Part shown: one piece after another, positions 16,773-26,604 of the stretch | Position numbering within the stretch: position 1 is the stretch's first letter | How the letters are laid out: each line of letters opens with the position of its first letter | IMG/VR virus record: IMGVR_UViG_3300017707_001880 | Coordinates: 1-63,968 of that record | DNA from: a virus | Taxonomy: Duplodnaviria > Caudoviricetes | DNA length: 63,968 nucleotides | Strand: one strand, 5' to 3' | The notes under the pieces: model-generated | The model's input: the letters and a program-made list of their open reading frames with translations, nothing else | Databases searched by the model: none | Told to the model about the DNA's origin: nothing | Translations under genes and position numbers: made by a program

Positions 16773-16984
16773 CCGACGACAGGCATCCTAAGCCGTGCCC
16801 GGTTTGCAAAACGCGCGCTACCGTAGTGGGTGAACACCGATCACCCAAAGGGCAGTTTGTCGAATGCCACGACCGATCGTGTCGGATGAGCGGACCTAAG
16901 GGGGACACCCCAGAACATGCCATTTGGCTATGGAACCGGATCAGTTTCGATAATCCACTACCCACTCCGGAGTGGGTGCCGTGA
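16769..16984 (+). CDS. Second Lar-like Zn-ribbon protein
   Basis: KPCPVCK...VECHDRSC...AIWLWNR. Confidence 0.7.
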   Translation: MTDDRHPKPCPVCKTRATVVGEHRSPKGQFVECHDRSCRMSGPKGDTPEHAIWLWNRISFDNPLPTPEWVP

Positions 16985-17259
16985 CCGCCGAAGAAATCCA
17001 GCGCCTCGAAAGCCTCGCGCGGGAGGCGACGCAAGCGGACGGGCCGCCATCGGACGTTGGTTCCGTATGGATCGACGGCAAGTGTTTTGTGAGCGCGATT
17101 GCCGACAAAGAGTGCGGCCGGGCGGGTGACGATTATTATTCGTGCAACAACATGAAAGCCACGCCGCGACTTCGGATGCGCCCGGCTTACCGGGCGTTCT
17201 TGGAAGCCGCACCGCCAGACGCCGTGCTGGCATTGATCGCGCGGGTGAGGGGGGAGTGA
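16981..17259 (+). CDS. Ead/Ea22-like hypothetical protein
   Basis: LESLAREATQ...AFLEAAPPDAVLALIARV. Confidence 0.55.
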   Translation: MTAEEIQRLESLAREATQADGPPSDVGSVWIDGKCFVSAIADKECGRAGDDYYSCNNMKATPRLRMRPAYRAFLEAAPPDAVLALIARVRGE

Positions 17260-17510
17260 TGAACATGCGGGAGAAGATGGCGCGGGCGATGCACCGCCGC
17301 AGCGACCGAGGTCACTGTGATTGGGGAGACGAGCATCCCAACGTCCGCCGCGAGTTTACCGCCATGGCCGACGCCGCCCTGTCCGCGATGGAGGAACCGA
17401 CAGAGGCGATGGTATGGGCCGCGCTTAGCCGGCCGATCGCACATCAGGCCAGCACGTCCGATCTATATAGACTGCTGTTCCGCAACATGATCCGCGCGGC
17501 AAGGGACTAA
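17259..17510 (+). CDS. Hypothetical protein
   Basis: MREKMARAM...AMEEPTEAMV. Confidence 0.6.
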   Translation: MNMREKMARAMHRRSDRGHCDWGDEHPNVRREFTAMADAALSAMEEPTEAMVWAALSRPIAHQASTSDLYRLLFRNMIRAARD

Positions 17511-17659
17511 ACCGAAACGCCGCACGGCGGCAGGGAGAGAGTATGAGCACCATCCATCAATCAGGCGGCCGAATTGTGATCGACGGTCGCGAGTTCACCG
17601 GCCATTCCGTCAGCATCATCAACGGTCGGCAACCACGACGCCATGCGCTATCATGCGCC

Positions 17660-17849
17660 ATGCCCGAACACCTCACACCAGCCGAAGCCGCGCTATGGCT
17701 CCTTGCGTCCGACGCCGGCGGTCACCTCGCCTTCCCCTGCAACCGACATCCAGCGCGCACTGAGCGCCGGCGCGTCGCTCGCCTACCACTTTGACCCGGG
17801 GACCAAGACCTACTTTGTGGAGGCCGTTACTGCTTCCGGCCGTCCTTGA
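17660..17849 (+). pseudogene. Small ORF apparently split by one extra base in CCCC at 17734-17737
   Basis: MPEHLTPAEAALWLLASDAGGHLAFP continues in another frame as ATDIQRALSAGASLAYHFDPGTKTYFVEAV. Confidence 0.4.
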
Positions 17850-18123
17850 CTGCGGAGCCCGACGAGGACCCGATCCAGTATCCGACCACGGCCCCCTGCA
17901 TGGTCGCCAGGTTCCCGAATAGGATGTTGGCCATGTCCTTGCTCTCGGGCGGGATGGCACGGAAGAACAGGGCGAAGACCACGCCGATGAACCCGACCGT
18001 GATGGCCAAGGACATGAGCACGACACCCATGTCACGCATGCGGGGGGACATGCCCTGCGCGGCGATGGCGGCCTGTGCCACCTGCGCGTCAGTCTGTGGA
18101 GGTGTAGCGTCCGACATGCTCAT
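17827..18123 (-). CDS. Putative holin (2 TM segments)
   Basis: Hydrophobic VVLMSLAITVGFIGVVFALFF and ILFGNLATMQGAVVGYWIGSSSGS, charged C-terminus, Met-Ser-Met start. Confidence 0.65.
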   Translation of the reverse strand: MSMSDATPPQTDAQVAQAAIAAQGMSPRMRDMGVVLMSLAITVGFIGVVFALFFRAIPPESKDMANILFGNLATMQGAVVGYWIGSSSGSAVKDGRKQ

Positions 18124-18500
18124 GGCTTCCCTATGCCGATGTTCACGCCGTAGTGGCTTGCCAGCCAGCCGATGAATCCGCCGACCGCTAGGATCGCCGC
18201 CCACAATGTCTTGGCCAGGGACAGCGTAGACTTCCGCTGTTCCTCGATGCGCGAGACCGTGGCGACAACGGAATCCATCGTCGCCTGAAGACGCTGGGTG
18301 GCGGCATCGTGATGAGACAGCCGCTCCTGCACCGCCTCCATCTGCCCCTCCAGCCGGCCGACCTGTCCAGTCAGTTGGGCCGAAGCCCTTACCTGTTGCT
18401 CGATCAGGTCCTTCACTTCCTTGGCCTCCTGGGCGTCCTGCGGCCACCAATCGGGGATGTTCCCGCTTGGCCAGAACGAAGATGCTGCTGCCGCTGTCAT
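18120..18500 (-). CDS. Coiled-coil protein with C-terminal TM (XhlA-like lysis-associated protein)
   Basis: VGRLEGQMEAVQERL coiled coil; LWAAILAVGGFIGWLA. Confidence 0.6.
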   Translation of the reverse strand: MTAAAASSFWPSGNIPDWWPQDAQEAKEVKDLIEQQVRASAQLTGQVGRLEGQMEAVQERLSHHDAATQRLQATMDSVVATVSRIEEQRKSTLSLAKTLWAAILAVGGFIGWLASHYGVNIGIGKP

Positions 18501-18629
18501 GGTCCGACCCTTCCGACGTGAGAAATTAACGACATTTTCACGATTTTGCCCGGACCGAGTTTGGCCATCATGGTTCTTGGGTTTGCCCCAATCATCCACC
18601 CATCCCCCCCGCGTCGTGAGGGCTGTTCT

Positions 18630-19472
18630 TCATTGCGTGACGAGGGCCGACCAGAAGCCATACTCGACGCGGCCATCTCCGCCAGCCAAGCCAGCGGCAT
18701 TCGCGCCGCCGCCTCCACCGCCCGCCCCTGGCGCGGGAGCTACGGACGCAGGGGTGTTCACGGCCCCGCCGTCACCGCCACCGCCAAAGATTGAGTTGCC
18801 GCCGGCACCACCGCCGCCGCTTCCGCCGCCGACGCCACGAGGAAATGGATAACTGGCCCAGCTACCGCCAACCACGCCAGCCGCGCCGGCTGTGCTGCCC
18901 CCGCCGGCGCCGCCGGGACCCGAGATAAACATACCGCCGGACAAGCTGCCGTTTGCCCCCGACGCCCCGGCCGCACCGCCCGTGCCTGGAGTTAGGCCGC
19001 CACCAGTGCCGCCCGTTCCACCCACCCCCGCCGCACCCGCAGCGCCACCCGAGCCGCCGGTCAGACGAATGGATGCCCCGTTGGCACCGCCCGCGATCGT
19101 CAGATTGCCCCCCGCGCCGCCCGCGACGCCTGCGCCGCCAGATGTTCCGGCCGCGTCGATCGTGAAGGTGAGGGACCCACCCGGGGTGACGGCCATGGAG
19201 AAGTTGACCATCTGCTGACCAGCGCCGCCCCCGCCAGCGCCCGCCGTTGAGGCCGACGCCTGCCCGCCACCGCCACCGCCACCAGGAGCCGCAGCGCGAA
19301 GAATGGTGACCGCCGACACATCAGCCGGGACGGTATCCACCCGGGACGCCGTGACGGTGCGAACGACCCACCGGCCGTTGGGGGAAGACGACACGACCTG
19401 CGCAGCGACCGGCGCCGACGCCAGGACGGTGGATGCCATTAGCGCAGCCAGGAAAGCCTTGCGCGTGATCAT
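18630..19472 (-). CDS. Glycine-rich fibre-like protein with Tat/Sec-like signal peptide
   Basis: MITRKAFLAALMASTVLASAPVAA|QVVSS, then GGGGGGG/GAGG-rich segments. Confidence 0.75.
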   Translation of the reverse strand: MITRKAFLAALMASTVLASAPVAAQVVSSSPNGRWVVRTVTASRVDTVPADVSAVTILRAAAPGGGGGGGQASASTAGAGGGGAGQQMVNFSMAVTPGGSLTFTIDAAGTSGGAGVAGGAGGNLTIAGGANGASIRLTGGSGGAAGAAGVGGTGGTGGGLTPGTGGAAGASGANGSLSGGMFISGPGGAGGGSTAGAAGVVGGSWASYPFPRGVGGGSGGGGAGGNSIFGGGGDGGAVNTPASVAPAPGAGGGGGGANAAGLAGGDGRVEYGFWSALVTQ

Positions 19473-20050
19473 TGCACCGCTCCGCTGATGAAGGCCGTTA
19501 TCACACCGGTAACCTTGCTGAAACACGTTGTAGCAGAGGTGACGACCGCCGTAATCCCTGTCGAGTAACGTTGTGCCGGGCCCGGGGCGTAGTTGATGGA
19601 GGCCGCGCCATTGGCTGGCAGGGGCACGCAGGCCAGGGGCGTGATGGCCCCGTCCGCCGGGGCTGATGTGGCGTTGACGATGGCCAGGAAGCCGGCTGTC
19701 CCCGTCAGGTTCGTGGCGTAGGCCGAGTAGAGGTTCCCGGCCGAGGCCTTGAGCACCTGGGTGGCAGCACCAGCGCCTGTAACCACCGACGTGATGGCCA
19801 CGCCAGCGGCGGAGGATGGCGCCACGGCAATCCCGTTTGTCACCCCCGGTGTCGTCTGGTTGATAGACACCGAGCCAATGATTGCGGTGCCGGCCGCAAT
19901 GGTGACCGGGCATGGCTGGCCCGGCTGCACAGGAACGAACGCGCCCCCATCAGTCTGCCGGCAATAGAGTTGGGCTTGCTGAGCAGCGGCGTTACCGCCC
20001 CACCCCACCGCGGCCAGGGCAAGCAGCCCGACCAAACCTGCACGCTTCAT
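19469..20050 (-). CDS. Beta-rich structural-like protein with Sec signal peptide
   Basis: MKRAGLVGLLALAAVGWGGNAAA|QQAQ; four Cys in two pairs. Confidence 0.75.
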   Translation of the reverse strand: MKRAGLVGLLALAAVGWGGNAAAQQAQLYCRQTDGGAFVPVQPGQPCPVTIAAGTAIIGSVSINQTTPGVTNGIAVAPSSAAGVAITSVVTGAGAATQVLKASAGNLYSAYATNLTGTAGFLAIVNATSAPADGAITPLACVPLPANGAASINYAPGPAQRYSTGITAVVTSATTCFSKVTGVITAFISGAVQ

Positions 20051-20064
20051 GCTCCGTCTCCTGT

Positions 20065-23000
20065 TCATGGCGGTTGCCCTTCGCGACGCGCCCGGTCCAT
20101 GGTCTGCCGTCTCATCCCACGCATCATGCGGATGATAGCCGCATCTTCTTCGGTAGGCTCCTGCGTGGTCATCTTGGCGTTCTGCCGCCGCAGGGTGTCC
20201 AGTTCCTTCTTGGCCCCACGGTAGGCGCCCAGGATCCTGAAGCCCTCGTCCAGATCGCCCTTCCCCAGCTTCTTGATGATATCGTCGGCAGCATCGGGCC
20301 GCCCGCTCTTGAGCAGGAAGTCCACCTCATTGATGGCCGTGTTGATGCGCCGCGCCTCGCCCATGTAGGCGCGCTCTTTCATGCGGTCGTCGACCTTGCC
20401 CACGACGCGGCCCACGAACGGCATGCGCGATGCGGAGGGTTCGTCGCTGGTGAAGTAGTCCAGGGTGCGATCAGCCGCGCGCCCCAAGCCCCCGGTCATG
20501 GACGTGAAGATGTGCCGCAGCGCGTCGGGGGAGACATCGACCGCTCCCTTCTCCGCATAGTCCCCGCCGGTCAAAGCGTTGATTCCGCGAGACATGGCCT
20601 TCCAAAGTTCCGGCGTGTTCTGAAAGTGGCGCCGGTGCGCCGGCTCGGGGGCGTCACCACGCGGCCCGCGGTCCCCGCTCTTGTAGACCGGAGCGCCCGT
20701 GAAGCTGACATTATCCCATAGTTGCGCGACCGGCCGAAACACGGAAGGCGCAACCAACTGAGCGGCCGAACCAACGGAACCGAGGGGGTTGAACGCGTCT
20801 AGCATGGCAGCCGCCATCGACACGCCGTACTCGATCGGCTTCTTGTGGGATTTGCCCGAGATCGCCTCTGACGTCAGGCGCCCGACGTTGAACACCGCGT
20901 TCAGGCCGAGCGGGTATGGCACCTTCACATAGGTCCCGTCTGACTTGGCGAAGATGGCGTTGTGCGACTTCTCGAAATCGGGGATCGCCTCATAGTCATC
21001 CCCCATCACCTCGCGGTTCACCATGTCGAGCAGGAAGCCCGTCACTGCCATGCCGCCCAGGACCGCGCGCGCCTTGGGGCTTTTGGCCGCGGCTTTCAGG
21101 ATCGTGGCCGCCCCCTGCACGCTGGCGTTGAAGAACATGAACCACGCGTTGATGGCCGCCGACGCGTTGCCCTTACGGTTGAAGTTGACGGTGATGTTCT
21201 TGGCGATGCTGGCCGCGCGCTGCTGGGTCAGGCCTTGCTTGCGGGCCGCCTGGAATGCCGCCAACCGGACGCTGTTCTCGACGATGGAGTTGTAGTCATC
21301 GACCGCTTGCAGGACGGTGCGCGCGATGCGGCGCGGGTCACCCGCCCCCTGTTCCATCTTGGCAACCTCGGCGCGCAGGTTGTCCATGCGCTTGTCCGAC
21401 GTCTCGTACATGTCCATGTGGCCGGTCGTTCCGCCGGCCGCGTCCATCTCCTTGGCGTAGCGCGCCCATTCGGAGTTGCCGTCGCCGCGATACAGGTCCC
21501 GCAGCCCGCGCATGGCTTTCGGGACGTTGGAAATGACGTCCCGCCGCCCCTCTTTCAGACCGGTCCCAAACCAGTTGAATTGCGCCCCCCCTACGTCGCG
21601 AATGAAGTTGGTCACCCAGAACTCCGGGTTCCAGCGCGTAAGAAGGGACGCCATAAATCTGGCCGGCAAAGCAATAATTTTGGTAAAAAGACTGATCTGA
21701 CCAGCGTCCATGTTCTTCATGGCCCGGGCGACCTCGACGGCGCGCTTGTTGCGCTCATCGAACACGATGAAGTGGTGCTTTCCGCCCTCCTTGTACATCA
21801 CCACGTTGTCGGCAAGCTGGTAGAGCGGGTCCGGGATTGTCTCGACCAGCCCCGTGTTCTTGTTGATCTGCCGAGTGGTCGGGACCTCATCGACCTTCCA
21901 GAACCCGTCCGCCGGATACTGCTTGGCCAAATCAGCCAGGGCCGTCGTGACCTTGTTCTTCTCCGCCCTGATCGCCGCCGTCTCTGCCTGCGCCACGATG
22001 TTGGCCAGGATGTTCTTGACCTCAAGCGTGGAACCCATCGACCGCTTGCTCTCGGGGCCGCGCACGTTGAAGCCCGAACCCTTGGGGGCTCCGTTGCCCT
22101 CAATGTCACGCTGCAAGGGGGCGTAGAACTGATACGCGTCCTCCCATGCCTTGATGGTGTCCGCCGTTTCCAGCCCCTCGGCCTTGATGACCTTACGGGT
22201 GTCCGCCGTCAGTTTGTCGACGTCCTTGGCGATGGACTCCAGGCGGTTCAGCTTCGACTCGGCCGCAAACGCCTGCATGGCCGCCGCCGCGTCCGCATCG
22301 CTCATCCCGGACAGGGCTTCGTTGTCCACCCGGTCCGGGTTGATTTCTTTCATCGCCTTGTTGCGCTCAGGCGCGTGCCGGGCGAGCAGGTAGCGGTCCA
22401 CGTCGTCGACCGTCACGCCCTCGCGATTCTTCGCAATCTTTTGAAGGATAGGTTCTACCCGTTTCTCATGCAGCGCCTTGACCCGAGCCGACACGCGCCC
22501 GTGGTAGTTTGTCTCCATTTCGTAGGCGTCCCGGCTTTCCGGGATGGGGCCATACAGGTCCGCGATGCGCTTCTGGACCTTTTTCAGGTCAATCTTGTTG
22601 TCCTGAAGGGCGCGGACGAGGCTGTCCACCATCGACGGGTCTTCAATCTCCCACGCCGAACGGGCCAGGCCGAGGTTCGGCTGGCGGGCGGGGCGACGAG
22701 AGAACAGCGTGCCTTCCTCTGGCGCCTTCGGAGCAAACAGCCCCTCATTCGGCCGAGCCTGCGGCACCCTGGGCTCCAGCCCCCCACGCCCGGTCTGATC
22801 CCGCGCAGCCTGCGCCTGGACGGCGGACGGCTCCATACCCGGCATGGCTTCCTGGCGGGGATCATTGCGGTAGGTCGGGACCGCGGCGCGCTGCTCGGGA
22901 TCGCGCCTCTCCCCACCGAACAGGTCGGGACCAGACGGCGGGGGCTTGGGCGGCCGGCGGGCATAGCGGGGATCGTTCGACATAAACGGGTTCTGGTCAT

Positions 23001-26000
23001 CCGGCGTCGCCCGCTGGAAGTCGCCGCGCTCGAACGCACCGAAGGTCTGCGCGGTGGCCCCGTCGCCCCAGATGCGCTTGAAGGCGTCCTTGATGCGCTG
23101 CCACAGCCCTCGGAAATGCCCGACGACCGACCGAGCCTTCTCGTCCTGGAGGAACTGGCGATCATAGAACCTATCAGTCAACGACTCCGCGAAGTATTCC
23201 GACCTGTCCGTGAACCTGTAGGAGTCTTCGTTCGCGGCGAACGAAAGCCGATTGCCGCCGGTCGGCAATTTCTCAAGTCTAACAGAAGACATCGCCTCCT
23301 GATTGCCGAGATTACGCGTGAGCCACGCATCCGCTTCCGCGCCTACAACCCGCCGGGTCAAACCGGACGGCTGATCGAACGGACGCGCCCAATCGTGCTC
23401 ACGCACCCATCTTTCCTTGGCGCGGACGAACTCGCGGCCGAGCGCCCGCCGCTGGTCGAGGGGGACCAGCCGTTCCATAGAGTGCCACAATTCATGGATC
23501 ATAGTTCTCGACATATCGCCGGATCGCAGCGCACTCTCGAATACCGTCACGATCCGATCAAAGGCATTGAACTGCCCTTTGACCTCTCGGGCATCTCCCG
23601 CCCGCACGCTCAGGCCAACGTCCCGAACCAAGTCTTCGCCAACGAACCGGATGAAATCGTCCACCTCCCGGATTTCGTCTGGATGAACGCGCGGCCCATT
23701 GCCTCTATCCGCCTCTGCCCGGCGCTTGTTTGCCTCAAGGTTCAGCCGGCTTATGATCGCCTCCGCGCCGCGACGACGAACGGGGCTTCCCGGCCGGCGG
23801 GCATACTGAGGCGACCCATCCGCCCTTCCCTTCCCGTCCCCCTTCACACGCCCCTGCATCACGGCACGGAACACGCCGTCCGCCGACCAAAAGCCTTGCC
23901 CACGAAGGCCGGAGCCAATCGCCTCCACCGCACGGTTCATGGCTTCGACGGCACGGGTGGTGATGGGTGGCTCTTGCCGCGCCCTGGCCAGCACTTCCTC
24001 CGCCACACGGGCGACGGCTTCCTCGCGCATCTGCTCTGGCGTGTAGCGCAGGTCGGCCAGCCCCTGGCGGTTTTCGCCCTGAGCCAGCCAGCGATCGGCG
24101 GCACGCAACAGTGCATTGCGCTGCGTCTCGGTCAGCACGCCCAACTGCGGGTCCATCAGCGCGTGCGTCACCTCATGGAACAGCTTGGTCGGGGCATCGG
24201 GCGCCGGCGTGTCCAGGGCATAGGTCACCAGGGACTTGGTATAGGACGCGTCCGCCGCGTTCCCCTCCGCGTCCACCAGCCGGTCGACCACCTTCAGGCC
24301 CACCGAGGACGGCAAGCCCGCCAGTCGCATCAGGCGCTGCATCACGACAGCCAGTTCCTGCCGAGCCCGGCCGGCTTCCGGCGACGGTGCGCCCTGCGCC
24401 CGCTGATCAGCCTGCCCTTTCTCCCGGGCAGAGAGCATGCCGCGGGCTTCGTTGTAGGCCTGCGTGCGCTCAACGTCTGATGCGCGCACGGCTTCGTAGA
24501 CCGCTTCCTCGGGGCGGGCGCCCTCGACCAGCAGCCGGGCCGCGTGCATTTCCTCATCGGGCGTCAGCTTGATGCCGGCTTCCTCAGCCGCAGCGCGGGC
24601 TTCGGCCGCCAGTTCCTCACCCCGGATGCGCTCACGATCAGCGGCACGCCCCTGCGCCCACTCGTTTGCCTCTGACGCGTACTCGGGCGGGTAGACCGGG
24701 CGGCCAGCATGTTCCTCGGCCAGGGCGTCGTAGAAGTCGGTGAGCGTGGCGTCGGGTGGCAGGTAGCCAGCCTCGACGGCAGCCTCGCGGGCCATGTCCG
24801 CCTTGGCGCCCTTCTTGTTCAGCAGCCGGCCAGCGCGCTGGTGATGCACCGTCTCCAGGCCGAGGGCCATCAGGTCCCCGTCCGGTCGCACACCGCCCTT
24901 GCTGATGAGGAAGTCGAACAGGCTCGGCGGTTTGGCCGGACGCGGCAGGTCGGCCATCGGCGGAGGCATGTCGCCAGGTTCGATCGGCTCCGGGAACACG
25001 GCATCCGGCGCAGGCGCCACGTCCTCGGCCGGTCGCCCCATCTCGGGAGGCAGCGCCTCCTGCATCGGGCCATCGGGCACGCCTTCGGGCAGCGCCTCGG
25101 GAGAAGGTAGTTGGCGCATTTGAGCCGCCATTTCGGGCGTGGCTTCAAAATGCACGGGAGGGGCAACCATGTCGGTCCCGGTGGTATCAAAAGACGGGAT
25201 CAACAGGGGGCTATCGTTGGGAATGTCGATGTAGTGGACCGCCCCGCCAGGGCTCTGGTCTGCATACCCCTGCGCATATTGTCGGCTCGGAGACAGCCAG
25301 CGCCCGCCCTCGCCGTCGTAGGGCAGTCCCCCGTGATACATACGGGTTGTGCCGGGGGGGCGTGGCGGCTCCACCGCCTCGGGTTCCGGCGTGATCCGCA
25401 TGGTCGGGATGTTGGGATCGAACTGAAGCGGGATCGTGCCCTGCGCTGGCGTTGACGGTTCGCCGCCAGGGACGTCAGGCGGAAGCCCGTCCACCGGCAC
25501 CGCCTCGGGGGCAATGGTCGGCTGCGCTTCGTCGGCCAGCCGCTCGATCTGATTCAAGCTGCGCCGGACTTCAGGAGACATCGCCTGCCCGAATTGCTCG
25601 CGGGCCACGCGGCCGGCTCCACGACCGGCCATGGCAGCGCCAGGAATCAACGCGCCGACTATGCCGCTGGACTTTGTGTTTGCCCACACGCCTTCGGTCA
25701 GAGACTGGTTAGGGTCAATTTCCTCGCGGATGATGAAATTCTCAGCAAGGGTGCCGAGGGCGCCGGCGCCGGCAAACTCCAGCCCAGAGCGCCCTATCTC
25801 GGCCACGGTCTGCACGAACTTGCCGCGCAGACGCTCCGGCATGTATTTCAGCACCCGCGAGAGCGGGAGCACGTTCAAGGCGACTTGGGCGGCGGCGTTC
25901 TTGGTCGCGATTTCCGCCGCCTGATCTTCCGTGGCGCCTTTTTCCAAAGCGCGCTCGCGGGTTGATGAGTAGGCCTGCCCCCACATGACCGCACTCATGC

Positions 26001-26604
26001 CGGCAATACCGCCGACCGGCCCCGCGGCCACCGCCCCGATGGCAGCGGCGGGCAGCGCCGGGACAAACGCCCCCAACATATTGGCGGCGCCGGTCAGGTC
26101 CCCCTCTTGCCGCGGGTCTACATAAACGCCCTTGCCATACTCGGCTATGGCGGCCCCCGTCTCCGTCATCCAGGGTGTGCCTTGCGTCAATGCGCTCTGC
26201 CACTCGGCCTGCATCTCGGCCTGCCGTTCAGGCGTGGCGCGACGGTATGCCGTCAGGACGCCGCGCTGCATCGGCGTCAATGCCTGGTATGCTGCGCTCT
26301 CGTCAGACGCCAGCGCCTCGACCGCGCGAAGCATCGCGTTCGCATAGCCCTTGTCTGCGGCCAAGTGCGTGCGCGACAAGCCCTCAATGCCCTGCCCCGT
26401 GCCGACGATCGCGCCTCGCACCAACGAGTTGCCCACGGCCGCCGGGAGGGACTGCTTGGGCATCAGGTCATCGAAGGACGGCATCTGCCACTCGGTCGCG
26501 GCATCAGCGGCATCAGCGGCAACGGGCGCGGCATCGGGCGCCGCACCTGCGTTCGGCAACAAGTCGTCAAACGACGGCATTTGCCAGGAAGTTGCGCCGC
26601 TCAT
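20065..26604 (-). CDS. Large polyvalent internal virion/ejection protein (ART-like, 2x HExxH, LPD38-like C-terminus)
   Basis: 2179 aa; MYHGG..WLSPSRQYAQGYA, FHEVTH, IHELWH, ITVNFNRKG...FMFFNASVQG, YVKVPYPLG. Confidence 0.85.
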   Translation of the reverse strand: MSGATSWQMPSFDDLLPNAGAAPDAAPVAADAADAATEWQMPSFDDLMPKQSLPAAVGNSLVRGAIVGTGQGIEGLSRTHLAADKGYANAMLRAVEALASDESAAYQALTPMQRGVLTAYRRATPERQAEMQAEWQSALTQGTPWMTETGAAIAEYGKGVYVDPRQEGDLTGAANMLGAFVPALPAAAIGAVAAGPVGGIAGMSAVMWGQAYSSTRERALEKGATEDQAAEIATKNAAAQVALNVLPLSRVLKYMPERLRGKFVQTVAEIGRSGLEFAGAGALGTLAENFIIREEIDPNQSLTEGVWANTKSSGIVGALIPGAAMAGRGAGRVAREQFGQAMSPEVRRSLNQIERLADEAQPTIAPEAVPVDGLPPDVPGGEPSTPAQGTIPLQFDPNIPTMRITPEPEAVEPPRPPGTTRMYHGGLPYDGEGGRWLSPSRQYAQGYADQSPGGAVHYIDIPNDSPLLIPSFDTTGTDMVAPPVHFEATPEMAAQMRQLPSPEALPEGVPDGPMQEALPPEMGRPAEDVAPAPDAVFPEPIEPGDMPPPMADLPRPAKPPSLFDFLISKGGVRPDGDLMALGLETVHHQRAGRLLNKKGAKADMAREAAVEAGYLPPDATLTDFYDALAEEHAGRPVYPPEYASEANEWAQGRAADRERIRGEELAAEARAAAEEAGIKLTPDEEMHAARLLVEGARPEEAVYEAVRASDVERTQAYNEARGMLSAREKGQADQRAQGAPSPEAGRARQELAVVMQRLMRLAGLPSSVGLKVVDRLVDAEGNAADASYTKSLVTYALDTPAPDAPTKLFHEVTHALMDPQLGVLTETQRNALLRAADRWLAQGENRQGLADLRYTPEQMREEAVARVAEEVLARARQEPPITTRAVEAMNRAVEAIGSGLRGQGFWSADGVFRAVMQGRVKGDGKGRADGSPQYARRPGSPVRRRGAEAIISRLNLEANKRRAEADRGNGPRVHPDEIREVDDFIRFVGEDLVRDVGLSVRAGDAREVKGQFNAFDRIVTVFESALRSGDMSRTMIHELWHSMERLVPLDQRRALGREFVRAKERWVREHDWARPFDQPSGLTRRVVGAEADAWLTRNLGNQEAMSSVRLEKLPTGGNRLSFAANEDSYRFTDRSEYFAESLTDRFYDRQFLQDEKARSVVGHFRGLWQRIKDAFKRIWGDGATAQTFGAFERGDFQRATPDDQNPFMSNDPRYARRPPKPPPSGPDLFGGERRDPEQRAAVPTYRNDPRQEAMPGMEPSAVQAQAARDQTGRGGLEPRVPQARPNEGLFAPKAPEEGTLFSRRPARQPNLGLARSAWEIEDPSMVDSLVRALQDNKIDLKKVQKRIADLYGPIPESRDAYEMETNYHGRVSARVKALHEKRVEPILQKIAKNREGVTVDDVDRYLLARHAPERNKAMKEINPDRVDNEALSGMSDADAAAAMQAFAAESKLNRLESIAKDVDKLTADTRKVIKAEGLETADTIKAWEDAYQFYAPLQRDIEGNGAPKGSGFNVRGPESKRSMGSTLEVKNILANIVAQAETAAIRAEKNKVTTALADLAKQYPADGFWKVDEVPTTRQINKNTGLVETIPDPLYQLADNVVMYKEGGKHHFIVFDERNKRAVEVARAMKNMDAGQISLFTKIIALPARFMASLLTRWNPEFWVTNFIRDVGGAQFNWFGTGLKEGRRDVISNVPKAMRGLRDLYRGDGNSEWARYAKEMDAAGGTTGHMDMYETSDKRMDNLRAEVAKMEQGAGDPRRIARTVLQAVDDYNSIVENSVRLAAFQAARKQGLTQQRAASIAKNITVNFNRKGNASAAINAWFMFFNASVQGAATILKAAAKSPKARAVLGGMAVTGFLLDMVNREVMGDDYEAIPDFEKSHNAIFAKSDGTYVKVPYPLGLNAVFNVGRLTSEAISGKSHKKPIEYGVSMAAAMLDAFNPLGSVGSAAQLVAPSVFRPVAQLWDNVSFTGAPVYKSGDRGPRGDAPEPAHRRHFQNTPELWKAMSRGINALTGGDYAEKGAVDVSPDALRHIFTSMTGGLGRAADRTLDYFTSDEPSASRMPFVGRVVGKVDDRMKERAYMGEARRINTAINEVDFLLKSGRPDAADDIIKKLGKGDLDEGFRILGAYRGAKKELDTLRRQNAKMTTQEPTEEDAAIIRMMRGMRRQTMDRARREGQPP

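Noticed and set aside
18690-19290. CCG/GGC-rich DNA repeats
   Set aside because: Explained by glycine-rich coding sequence
20962-24480. 1172-aa + strand ORF (also 40173-42323, 42320-44167 and 13613-15046)
   Set aside because: Antisense shadows of real high-GC genes; no motifs or RBS
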